Assembly: GCA_045580085.1 (NCBI GenBank)
Contig: JAZNND010000018.1
Location: 1,783 to 65,782 of the forward strand
Length of the DNA: 64,000 nucleotides
Source: Eubacteriales bacterium
GTDB lineage: Bacteria; Bacillota; Clostridia; Oscillospirales; CAG-272
Reading direction: 5' to 3'
The notes beneath the pieces were generated by a model. The model did no database searches. It was not told the DNA's origin and saw only the letters and a list, made by a program, of their open reading frames with translations. Below are positions 39,893 to 48,205 of this stretch, piece after piece. Numbering within the stretch: position 1 is the stretch's first letter; each line of letters begins with the position of its first letter. The translations under genes were made by a program, and so were the position numbers.

Positions 39893-40378
39893 TTAAGTTT
39901 TCAAATCATTGATTTGTAAAAGAGATTTTTCGTCTACAATTACCACAAGTGTTTTTTCATATTGGGTGAGCACACCCATTTGAATCATGGTATAAAAACC
40001 TTTTTTCTCTTTGATGGCAGAAAAGAAGAGGGGGGAATCTTTTTTTCTCTCTTCTACGGCTTGGTTCATATCAATGCCGTCCTCGTCTTTCACGTGGCGC
40101 AAAAGAAAGTTTATTTGTTGGGAGGAAAGATTCTCGGCTAAATCAATGATTTCTTGCTCCGAGAGTGATTTTTGGGAAAGCGGGGGAGCAAGAAAGGCGC
40201 GGTCAAAGGAAAGATTGCTCTCCTCCTCTACCCAACCGCGCGTGACGGCGTAGCGAAGCATTTCCGTGGCTTCCTCAAAAGGAATGCCGTAAATATGTTG
40301 CAACAGTGGGGTAGAAACATACGGATATTTTTGGTACACTTCGCACAGTATTTGATGAAATTCATGGATGGTTTTCAT
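39893..40378 (-). CDS. Small hypothetical protein, N-terminal winged-helix resembling FtsK-gamma (tentative)
   Basis: YPYVSTPLLQHIYGIPFEEATEMLRYAVTRGWVEE resembles the FtsK gamma-domain pattern (ST..LQR...IGY.RA.R.....E..G.V). Last gene of the minus operon. Confidence 0.35.
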   Translation of the reverse strand: MKTIHEFHQILCEVYQKYPYVSTPLLQHIYGIPFEEATEMLRYAVTRGWVEEESNLSFDRAFLAPPLSQKSLSEQEIIDLAENLSSQQINFLLRHVKDEDGIDMNQAVEERKKDSPLFFSAIKEKKGFYTMIQMGVLTQYEKTLVVIVDEKSLLQINDLKT

Positions 40379-40432
40379 AGGTGTACCTTTCTGAATGGTT
40401 GATTCCCTTGGAAATGAACCCCTATTTGGTGT

Positions 40433-42178
40433 TTATCTTGCCCAAGAGAGATCGTATTTATAGCGCGCGTCCGAAAAATCAACGGGTGCTTTGCGGAATG
40501 CCGCGTTGTCACCTTGGTAAAACTCGGGGCAAAGATAGCTTCTCTCGGCAAAGGAGAGAAGAACATCGCCGCGCATTTGGGTGACGAAAAATTCTCCGAT
40601 GGCAAGCTTACCGAGCTTGCTGACGGGCACCAAAGGAACCTCAACCGATTGATAGTTTTCGATTTGGCCCGATCTGCCGTTGAGGGCGGAAAGGGGAGAG
40701 AGCACGGTGTGTCTGCCGCATTCCTTGGAAAAGGCTTCCTTCGTTTCATGGTTGTTGGAGCCGAAATAAAGGTGCATGTTGAGGTTGTCGATGATAATTT
40801 CCGCCGTCTCTTTGCCGTATACGCGATAGAGCTGGGCGTAAGACTGCACCACAAGCATAAACCAGATGTTTCGGCTTCCGCATGCCGAGATGACGTTTTC
40901 GAAGCTCGAAAATTTCGGGAAGTTACCGAACTCATCCAGCAAGAAATAGAAGGGGCGTTCGAGTCTGCCGTCTTTCTTACGCGCCGAGTCGATCAATCCG
41001 AGATAAAGATCGGAGAAGAAGAGGCTTATGACTTGATAGTGAAGCGCGTCCTCATCCTTATAGGAAACGTAAATGACCGTCGGACGCTCGTCATCCGCCA
41101 AAGAAGGGATATCGAAGGTGTTCGCGCAGGTCAAACGGCTGACGCATGCATCCTTAAAGGGTTTCATTTTGGCGAGGAAGGAAGAAATGATACAGCTTCT
41201 CGTGACGTTGGCGGAAAGCTTGACGATGCTGGTCTCCACCAAACGGCGTGCCTTGGAGGTGTTGATGTTGCGCCCCACGAAATAATCGTGGTCGTCGAGT
41301 TCGTTGTTCGAGGATGTGAAGGAGGCGAAAATAGCGGAAACCGTTTCAAAGGAATAAGTATCCTCCGTGATCAAAGGTCTGCCGCCGCGATCGGCTTTGG
41401 GATCGCTGTCCTCAAGCATTGCCCAAAGGAAGCCCTCAAGCATGGTTGCCGCCATTTGTTCCCAATAAGGATCGCTGTCTTTCAAAACGGGGCAAACTGC
41501 CTCGCCGATGGAGATGATGGCGTTATCCACCTCGGTATAAAGCGCGTCGCGCACCTCATCGATGGCGCGTGTAAGAGCCGGGCGGCTGTTGTAGCGTTCG
41601 CCGCGGAATACGTGGAAATAGCTGCCGTTTTCCTCTTCGGTCTTGACTTCTTTGGAGACGTTCAGGTATTCTTGGTACTTGCGGTAAATCTTAGTCAACG
41701 GATTCCAACAGTCCGAACGCAGATAATTGATAAAATCGAGTACGATCACGCGATAGCCGTTGTCCTCAAAGGTTTTGTGCGTGCCGCGGTAGAGCTCACC
41801 CTTGGGATCGCTGAGCACGATGGAGGGTTTGTTTTTCTTTAGCGGCATCAGGTTGAGGAAGGGAAGCACGAAACCGGTGCTTTTGCCCGAGCGCGTCGCG
41901 CCCACAACGAGGGCGTGAATATCATCCGTAAAGGTGGCGCAAAGCTCGCCTTCCGTGTTACGCTTGACGCAAATGGGAAAACCATTGATCTCTTTGCCCT
42001 TAAGCTCGGAATAACGGTAGGTGCGCTCGGCGTTTTTGATCTGGTAATCGTTTGCCGTGATCAGCTTCGCGTTTTCCTGGTCCTCATAAAGCGGCACGTA
42101 ATTGCCGAGCACCGTTACAAAATCCTGTTCCTTTTTGGGCGTTTTATCGACGTATTGATTTAAAAGTTTATTTAACAT
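40433..42178 (-). CDS. VirD4/TraG/TraD-type (type IV coupling protein-like) P-loop ATPase without TM segments
   Basis: ATG 42178 lies 8 nt after GGAGG and overlaps the upstream stop by 11 nt. Walker A VVGATRSGKST. Walker B YFLLDEFGNFPKF followed by FMLVVQSYAQLYRVYG. No hydrophobic helix in the first 100 aa. Confidence 0.75.
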   Translation of the reverse strand: MLNKLLNQYVDKTPKKEQDFVTVLGNYVPLYEDQENAKLITANDYQIKNAERTYRYSELKGKEINGFPICVKRNTEGELCATFTDDIHALVVGATRSGKSTGFVLPFLNLMPLKKNKPSIVLSDPKGELYRGTHKTFEDNGYRVIVLDFINYLRSDCWNPLTKIYRKYQEYLNVSKEVKTEEENGSYFHVFRGERYNSRPALTRAIDEVRDALYTEVDNAIISIGEAVCPVLKDSDPYWEQMAATMLEGFLWAMLEDSDPKADRGGRPLITEDTYSFETVSAIFASFTSSNNELDDHDYFVGRNINTSKARRLVETSIVKLSANVTRSCIISSFLAKMKPFKDACVSRLTCANTFDIPSLADDERPTVIYVSYKDEDALHYQVISLFFSDLYLGLIDSARKKDGRLERPFYFLLDEFGNFPKFSSFENVISACGSRNIWFMLVVQSYAQLYRVYGKETAEIIIDNLNMHLYFGSNNHETKEAFSKECGRHTVLSPLSALNGRSGQIENYQSVEVPLVPVSKLGKLAIGEFFVTQMRGDVLLSFAERSYLCPEFYQGDNAAFRKAPVDFSDARYKYDLSWAR

Positions 42179-43772
42179 TGCCAAAGCCTCCCCATATACC
42201 GATCTTGGTTTCCGAGCTCTTCGCTGTGTCCTCAAGCATCTTTTCCGTGATAACAAAGCGGTCCTCGCCCGCACGGTGCGCGAGCAGAGCATGCTCGATC
42301 ATTTGTTCCGCCGCGCTTGCCGTTTGTTTCAGCAAAAGCTTGCGCGCGGCAGCGTTCAGTTCTACGGCACTTAAGGAGAAGAAACGCGCGGTGTCCGTGA
42401 GAATCTTATCAAGTGCCGCTTCGGCTTCCGATTCCTTGATGCTTTCCAAGATAACCGTATCCGAAATGAGGGTAAGCTTATGATCGGGTTTTTCATGCGC
42501 AAGCATCACCGTGACAACGTTTCCGAGGTCCAGCGTGTAGCCGGAGGCGGTGACGTAACGCTTTGCCGTATCGCTTTTGAGGATGGTGGAGAGAGACATA
42601 ACCTCATTTTCGCCGAGTGCTTCGCATTTTTCAAAAAAGAGCAGGGGCGCGTTTTCTCCGATGCCGTCCAAGGTGCGTAATACCGCATCCTCTAAATGAA
42701 TGCCGCCGTGCCCGGAAAGGTCGATGGAGCCGTGGCCGCGTTCGCTGTAAGCGCGGATGATGCGGTCCTTATATTCACGCAGCATCACATCGTCCTTGGC
42801 GATCAGCAAAAGCGGGCGTTTGCGCGCCGAAAGGCGGTAAAGCAGGTTGTTTTCGATCAAGCTTTCCTCTCTTTCGCGTACAAAAGTACCGGTCGGAAGC
42901 TTTTTGGCGCAAAGCGGAACGCTTTGCTTGGTGATACCGAGGGGCAGGTTGCGGGGGTATTGCTTGGGATCGGTGAGAATCAGCTCACGCTTGGAGTCCT
43001 CGGTCAAAACGGTGGAGTCAATGATGGAGAGCGTGCTGGCGGTCAAAGAGGCGCGGTCAAGCACCTTTCTTTCGAAGGCATCCTCCAAAGCTTCCACCAC
43101 AGGGGAAGTTTGCACGGCGGGAAGCTCGTAGACGGTTTGCAAATATGTATATACCTCTTTTTCGCCGCGGTGCGAGAGCATCGAGCAAAGGCGAACGGCA
43201 CACTCTTCTTTTTTCTCGGGGAAATGGGAGATGGCAAGAAGGATCGCCATGGGAGAGTTCCAGCGCACGGCATTCCAAAGCTTGGCTTCGCTCTCTTCCT
43301 GTTCGGTTTCGGAGAGAAAGCCCTCCAAGGAGAGAAACGCCAGCAAATCGGAGGCGGCGATATGCCCTTCGGCACCGGCTTTTTCGAGACTGTAAAGCGT
43401 ATAGGTGATCTCAAAGGGCGAGTCCTTCTCAAAAATAGGATCGCGCTTGAGAATGGCTTGCTGTTTGAAGGAAAGAATGCCCGAAAGGGTAGAGGTGATG
43501 CCGTCGTAAAGCTCGGCGCAGCGCAAAAGGCGGTTCATGTCCTCTCCCGTAATGGCACTTCTGGCAAGATCGTGCTCGGCGGCGGTGAAGCAGGCATCAA
43601 GAAAATCCTCTTCGGTTACGGTAAATAAGCGCGCGTAGCGGTCAAAAACCTCGCGTCTGCCTTCACGCGTCAGCGAGACACCGACCGTTGCGTCAAAGAA
43701 AAAGTATTCGTATAAGAATTCGCGCTTTAAAAATTCAGGTGTTTTTTCCGCGCGGATGTTTCGTTGTTTCAT
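42168..43772 (-). CDS. Hypothetical 534-aa protein, translationally coupled to the T4CP-like ATPase
   Basis: Long ORF with coding-like composition. No Walker motifs or other signature recognised. Confidence 0.5.
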   Translation of the reverse strand: MKQRNIRAEKTPEFLKREFLYEYFFFDATVGVSLTREGRREVFDRYARLFTVTEEDFLDACFTAAEHDLARSAITGEDMNRLLRCAELYDGITSTLSGILSFKQQAILKRDPIFEKDSPFEITYTLYSLEKAGAEGHIAASDLLAFLSLEGFLSETEQEESEAKLWNAVRWNSPMAILLAISHFPEKKEECAVRLCSMLSHRGEKEVYTYLQTVYELPAVQTSPVVEALEDAFERKVLDRASLTASTLSIIDSTVLTEDSKRELILTDPKQYPRNLPLGITKQSVPLCAKKLPTGTFVREREESLIENNLLYRLSARKRPLLLIAKDDVMLREYKDRIIRAYSERGHGSIDLSGHGGIHLEDAVLRTLDGIGENAPLLFFEKCEALGENEVMSLSTILKSDTAKRYVTASGYTLDLGNVVTVMLAHEKPDHKLTLISDTVILESIKESEAEAALDKILTDTARFFSLSAVELNAAARKLLLKQTASAAEQMIEHALLAHRAGEDRFVITEKMLEDTAKSSETKIGIWGGFGNVK

Positions 43773-43816
43773 TGGCGTTAATTCCTTTCGTTTTAGGATG
43801 TTATGTAAACAATGGT

Positions 43817-44419
43817 TTACGAATTTTCATATTTTGAGATGTCATACGCCTTCGGATTGGCATCAATCACACGGTCAATCAAACCGTAGGCGCAGGCATC
43901 GGCGGCACTCATGCGGTTGTCGCGGTCGGTGTCGATGCGGATGGTTTCAATGGGTTTGTCGGTGTTGCGGGAGAGAATGGTGTTGAGCTGTTCTCTCGTG
44001 CGGCGAATGCTTTCGGCGTAATTGAGAATATCGCTTGCCTGCCCTTGGGTGCCGCCGAGGGGCTGATGGATGAGCACCTCGCTGTTGGGAAGTGCCTCAC
44101 GCTTGCCGCGCGTTCCGGAGGAAAGGAGAAACGCGCCCATGCTCGCCGCCATACCCATGCAGACGGTGCGGATATCCGCTTCCACCAAATTCATGGTGTC
44201 GTAGATGGCAAGCCCTGCCGAAACCGATCCGCCGGGGGAATTGATGAACATGGTGATCTCGCGCTGTTCTCTCGGAATACCGTCCTTTTTAAAGCGGTAA
44301 TCAAGGAATAAGAGCTGTTTGATGATGAGATTGGCTACCTCGTCATCGATGGGCCCGAGCAGGGTAATGATATTGTTTTCCACAAAAAAGCTTTCGGAAA
44401 GTTTTTCGGACGTTTTCAT
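43817..44419 (-). CDS. clpP: ClpP-family serine protease paralogue (S14)
   Basis: INSPGGSVSAGLAIYDTM, catalytic Ser in GMAASMGAFLL, His in LIHQPLGG and Asp region DTDRDNRMSA. The N-terminal axial-loop segment is not recognisable. Confidence 0.85.
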   Translation of the reverse strand: MKTSEKLSESFFVENNIITLLGPIDDEVANLIIKQLLFLDYRFKKDGIPREQREITMFINSPGGSVSAGLAIYDTMNLVEADIRTVCMGMAASMGAFLLSSGTRGKREALPNSEVLIHQPLGGTQGQASDILNYAESIRRTREQLNTILSRNTDKPIETIRIDTDRDNRMSAADACAYGLIDRVIDANPKAYDISKYENS

Positions 44420-44451
44420 GGTTGTATCTCCTTTGTTCTTTTTACATTTTA

Positions 44452-44481
44452 ATTATACAGCAAAAATAAGGTTTTTGGCAA
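44452..44481 (-). promoter_or_regulatory. Candidate internal promoter for clpP and downstream genes (TTGCCA-18-TATAAT on minus strand)
   Basis: Minus-strand TTGCCA = 44476-44481. TATAAT = 44452-44457. Confidence 0.5.
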
Positions 44482-44516
44482 GAAAAACAGATTATTTTTC
44501 CGACTTTTGTTTTTTT

Positions 44517-44538
44517 ATTTTTCAAGTTTTCTTGAAAA
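44517..44538. promoter_or_regulatory. 22-nt element ATTTTTCAAGTTTTCTTGAAAA (palindrome TTTTCAAG-N4-CTTGAAAA), copy 1
   Basis: Identical over all 22 nt to 52835-52856. It lies just downstream of the Doc-like stop and about 75 nt upstream of the clpP -10. Confidence 0.8.
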
Positions 44539-44550
44539 CGGTAAGCAAAC

Positions 44551-44916
44551 TTACCTCGCGTTGCTTTCAAGCCATTCGCCCAAGGCGAAAATCCCCTCCT
44601 CCGTGGGTGAAAAAGAGAGCATCTCTTTGGTGTTTTGTTCGGTAGGGGGCAGGCTTAAGCCGTTGAGTTCAAGCAGTGTCAAGGCGCAAAGCACCGCCAT
44701 GGCACGGTTATGGGTGGCAAAGGGCTTTTTTTCCGCGATGTCCGCGCACAGTTTTGCGGCGCGCAAAAACACGGTGCGGTAGTAAAGATGCTCTCCGTCC
44801 TTGGTGGACCATGCGGCGGAAAAAATATCCTTCAAAAGAGAAAGATTTGTTTTTCCCGACTGCCCGTGCAACGTTTCGTATAAAGAGGCGGCTTGCAAAT
44901 AGGTGATCTTGTTCAT
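44551..44916 (-). CDS. Degenerate Doc/Fic-fold protein (death-on-curing-like, catalytic motif substituted)
   Basis: VFLRAAKLCADIAEKKPFATHNRAMAVLCALTLLELNGLSL aligns by eye with Doc ...ATARGHIFNDANKRTALNSALLFLRRNGV. KPFATHNRA replaces HIFNDANKR. Confidence 0.45.
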   Translation of the reverse strand: MNKITYLQAASLYETLHGQSGKTNLSLLKDIFSAAWSTKDGEHLYYRTVFLRAAKLCADIAEKKPFATHNRAMAVLCALTLLELNGLSLPPTEQNTKEMLSFSPTEEGIFALGEWLESNAR

Positions 44917-44926
44917 AGGCTTTCCC

Positions 44927-47035
44927 TTAATTCAGTTTTTTAAGATAGCCGTCGGCGTTTTCGTAGACCGAGGCGGCGGTTGCGGCAAAAATATCGTTGC
45001 GAATGACCGTTTCGGCGCACAGCGCGTCTCCCGATAAAAGCTTTTCAAAATAGCGGATGAGCGCATCGCGGCTCTTATTTGTTTCCACATCCGCAAACCA
45101 ACCGAGGCGCGCACGCGGCAGCGGCGGCGCGTTGCCGCCTGCGGTATAAACAACCGAAACGCTGTCGCCTGCTTGTAGTTTATGCGAGAAGGGAACCTCC
45201 TTGCCGTTGACCGAGATGCGGTAGGTTGTGAGTGCCGCTTTGGAGCTGACAGCGAAGGAAAGATCGAGTGCCGTCGCACCGACGGGAAGGCTGTATACAT
45301 CCCCCGCATCGGTCGTCACACGGATCATTTTTCTTTCGTCAAGCAAAACGGAAGAATCCGAAAGCGACTCGCCGAAGCGCGCGTACATGTAGCTTTTTAA
45401 GGTGGTGACGAAAAGCTCCACGCGGTTTTCGTAGGCATCGGCAAACAGCAAGCGGTACTGACCGAGGGGGCTGTCATAGCGGATGTCCTCGATCAAAAAG
45501 GCGGGGGAAAGCTCCGCGGCGTAGGCATCCATAAACAGACGCATGAATTTGCCGATGTTCTCTTCGGGAGAGTCGGTTTTGGGTGTCAGAATAAGATAGA
45601 GCTTTTTTAACATCACCGTGCGCTTAGTGATGGGTGTTTCGTAGCTCTTGCGCTCACTTTCGGTAAATCCCATGCGCTCAAAATACGCCTCTTTGGCAAA
45701 GGAGGAACGCTCCTTGTAGGCATCGAGGATTTCGATGAGCTCTTTTACGGAATAGTCCGCCGTGCGGTAATCCACCGAAAAGCCGTGTCCGCGCAGAGCT
45801 CCCACCGCCGTCTTTAACGCGTCAAAAAACGAGGTAAATTCAATGCTGTTGCGGTGCACGAGCTTGCGGTAAGCATTGTGAATGGCGTGGTAACGGGTGG
45901 GTTCTTCGATTTTTAGAATCTCGCTTTCGATGGCGTAGGAAAGATCCTCTAATCGGAAGGATCGGAAAAGGGGCAGGTAGATTTCTTTGGTTTGGCTTAT
46001 CTTGGTATACTTGGCGGTGCGGTCGAGCGCGTCAAGCGTGCGCAGGTTAACCAATCGGTCCGCCGCCTTGATATAGAGCCCTGCGATCAGGCTCGGACGG
46101 GATTCGATGCTTTGCCTTAAAGCGTCGGCATAGATTTTTTCAAGCTCCCCCTCCGCGCCCGATGTGATGATTTCTCTGCCCGAAAGGGGCGAGATATCGC
46201 TTTTCATGGAGCTGATGTGGGTAACAGCTCCCACATAATCACGGATGTTTTCGGTAAAATCACGCCCAACGTCCGAAAGGGTGTAATCGGTTTGCTCAAT
46301 GGTGTCGTGCAAAAGTGCGGCGGCAAGGGTTTCGGCGTTAACCTTGTATCCGAGCAGTAAAAGCGCGACCGACAGCGGATGGAAAATATAAGGCTCGCCG
46401 GAGCGACGCTTGACGTCGCCGTGCAAAGCAAGCACTTTTTCATAAGCATGCTTGACGTGAACGGCGTTTTCACCGCCGAGTTCGGAGCGCACATGGCGCG
46501 TCAGATGTTCGAAAAGCCGTTCCGCCGCATGGCGAAAAATGCGGTTGTCGATGCGCTCACAGCATTCTTCGCAAGTGCTTGCGGATTTTTCGGCTCCAAA
46601 GAGCTCCGCCATGCCGCTTCCGTACGCTTCTTCGAGATCCTCTTTGCTCAGCGTATAGCGGAAGGTGCCCGCAGGAGCTTCGCACAAGGGCAAAAGCAGA
46701 GCCGCCGCGATCTCTTCAAAGGTGCCATAGGCGCGCGTGGCGATGAGAAATGCCATTTGTGCGCGGTAAACGGAATACGGTACGGGATGCGCCGCGAGGC
46801 TTGGCGCGTACATGCGCTCTTTGGGTACGGTTTTGTCGGTATAATATTCTTCGAGAGAGGCGAAAAGGGAAGCGAGTGCCTCACGCTTGCGCGCGATATC
46901 GGTGCTGACGTGAAAAATATCCTCTGCGTGCTCGGCATGCTCGGTCAAGCGCGTAAATTCGTTTTCGGTGAAGGCGGCGAGAATTCTTTCCTCATACTCC
47001 GCCCGATCTTCGGACAAAAAATAGGATTGTGGCAT
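44927..47035 (-). CDS. Rel/SpoT-homologue-like protein: intact-looking HD hydrolase domain, degenerate synthetase-like region, TGS domain, novel N-terminus
   Basis: RRSGEPYIFHPLSVALLL...AALLHDTIEQT...KAADRLVNLRTL (HD domain). TGS: IRVTTDAGDVYSLPVGATALDLSFAV...ISVNGKEVPFSHKLQAGDSVSVVYT. The synthetase EVQIRT motif reads ELFVTT. Confidence 0.7.
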   Translation of the reverse strand: MPQSYFLSEDRAEYEERILAAFTENEFTRLTEHAEHAEDIFHVSTDIARKREALASLFASLEEYYTDKTVPKERMYAPSLAAHPVPYSVYRAQMAFLIATRAYGTFEEIAAALLLPLCEAPAGTFRYTLSKEDLEEAYGSGMAELFGAEKSASTCEECCERIDNRIFRHAAERLFEHLTRHVRSELGGENAVHVKHAYEKVLALHGDVKRRSGEPYIFHPLSVALLLLGYKVNAETLAAALLHDTIEQTDYTLSDVGRDFTENIRDYVGAVTHISSMKSDISPLSGREIITSGAEGELEKIYADALRQSIESRPSLIAGLYIKAADRLVNLRTLDALDRTAKYTKISQTKEIYLPLFRSFRLEDLSYAIESEILKIEEPTRYHAIHNAYRKLVHRNSIEFTSFFDALKTAVGALRGHGFSVDYRTADYSVKELIEILDAYKERSSFAKEAYFERMGFTESERKSYETPITKRTVMLKKLYLILTPKTDSPEENIGKFMRLFMDAYAAELSPAFLIEDIRYDSPLGQYRLLFADAYENRVELFVTTLKSYMYARFGESLSDSSVLLDERKMIRVTTDAGDVYSLPVGATALDLSFAVSSKAALTTYRISVNGKEVPFSHKLQAGDSVSVVYTAGGNAPPLPRARLGWFADVETNKSRDALIRYFEKLLSGDALCAETVIRNDIFAATAASVYENADGYLKKLN

Positions 47036-47047
47036 TTTATCACCCCG

Positions 47048-48154
47048 TTAAACGTCGCTCCGGATGTGATTTCGGAGCATGTGATAAATGTTTTGGTATT
47101 CCTCATTGGTGGCGTCTAAGCGGAAATGGCTGAAGGCAACCTGCGAGAGGGCGTTTTTGTAAAGCTTCATGATACGGTGCACCAAAATGCCGTCGGTGTC
47201 CTCCTCCGCGAGTCCCGCACCGGTGAGCTTGTCACGCATATCGCGATAAGAAGCAACCGCATCGGAGAGCTCATTCTCTAAGTCTGGGATCACAAAATCC
47301 ACATCAAGATACCGCGCGATGCGCTCATCACTGCGTTCAAGAATACCCCTTGCCACAATGACCTCTTGCGCCGTCGGACAGCTTTTGGAGCCGCGCGAGA
47401 TGGATGCCATAAGCCCAAGGCCGCCGATGTAGACGGATTCGCGATTGCTCGGGCGCACCAAGTACAGCGTTACGTAATCGAGGCAGGGCTCGTTTTCCAA
47501 AGTGATGGCGAAATAATCATCCTTTAATAAATGCACCTCACCCACGTAGAGATTTTTGAGATTCTCTCCGAGGAAGGTGTCGTGGAAGAGCATGTCGGAG
47601 CTGCGGTACTGTTCTCTGAGATCCTGCAAAGCCTCAAAGGATTTGAGCTTGGAGTAAAAGGCGAGTGCTTTATCCTTTTCCTTAAAAGGGGCGGCGTATA
47701 CCGCAGGGCGCGAGGCGAGAATGCCGTCGGCGTCATACCGCGGCAAAACCGAAAGCACAATGTAGCGCAATCCGCGCGCCAAGGATGCCTCGGGAGAAGG
47801 ATCGGTGCGAGAGGTGTCGTAGGCGTACATAAAGTAATTGCCGAGGATGTTTTTGTGGTCCTCCGCTACTTCATAATACTGTTCCTTATCCACCGCCATG
47901 ACCGTAGAATAAAACTGATCGAGCGAAAAATTGCGCAAAGGATGGCTCGGATGCAAGCGTATAAGGCTCTCGCGGAGCGTCAGAATGCGGTCCACGGGCG
48001 GTACGGCACTGCCGCTTTCCCAAGAACGGAGCGTTTGGTGAGAGACGCCTGCCTCCTCGGCAAACACCGCGATGCTGACGGGGGGATCGATGGCTTCTCG
48101 AATGGTTTTTAGGTTTAAGCTGGTATAGGGAGCAATATCAAAAGTGCTTGCCAT
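47048..48154 (-). CDS. XRE-family HTH protein with about 290-aa uncharacterised C-terminal domain (first gene of minus operon)
   Basis: VSIAVFAEEAGVSHQTLRSWESGSAVPPVDRILTLRESL is a Cro/C1-type HTH. The rest is unassigned. Confidence 0.6.
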   Translation of the reverse strand: MASTFDIAPYTSLNLKTIREAIDPPVSIAVFAEEAGVSHQTLRSWESGSAVPPVDRILTLRESLIRLHPSHPLRNFSLDQFYSTVMAVDKEQYYEVAEDHKNILGNYFMYAYDTSRTDPSPEASLARGLRYIVLSVLPRYDADGILASRPAVYAAPFKEKDKALAFYSKLKSFEALQDLREQYRSSDMLFHDTFLGENLKNLYVGEVHLLKDDYFAITLENEPCLDYVTLYLVRPSNRESVYIGGLGLMASISRGSKSCPTAQEVIVARGILERSDERIARYLDVDFVIPDLENELSDAVASYRDMRDKLTGAGLAEEDTDGILVHRIMKLYKNALSQVAFSHFRLDATNEEYQNIYHMLRNHIRSDV

Positions 48155-48205
48155 AGCAGGTTCCTCGTTTCAACATTTTTTGACAAAAGACAAGAATACA
48201 GTATG

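Noticed and set aside
39893-42178. The VirD4/TraG-like ATPase could mark an integrative conjugative element or plasmid remnant.
   Set aside because: No relaxase, VirB4-type ATPase, integrase/recombinase, oriT-like repeat, tRNA target or flanking direct repeats are visible. The protein also lacks the membrane anchor of true coupling proteins.
43817-44419. This could simply be the housekeeping clpP.
   Set aside because: This is not fully rejected. The missing N-terminal gating segment, the absence of tig/clpX neighbours and its position inside the island argue against it. Confirmation needs the rest of the genome.
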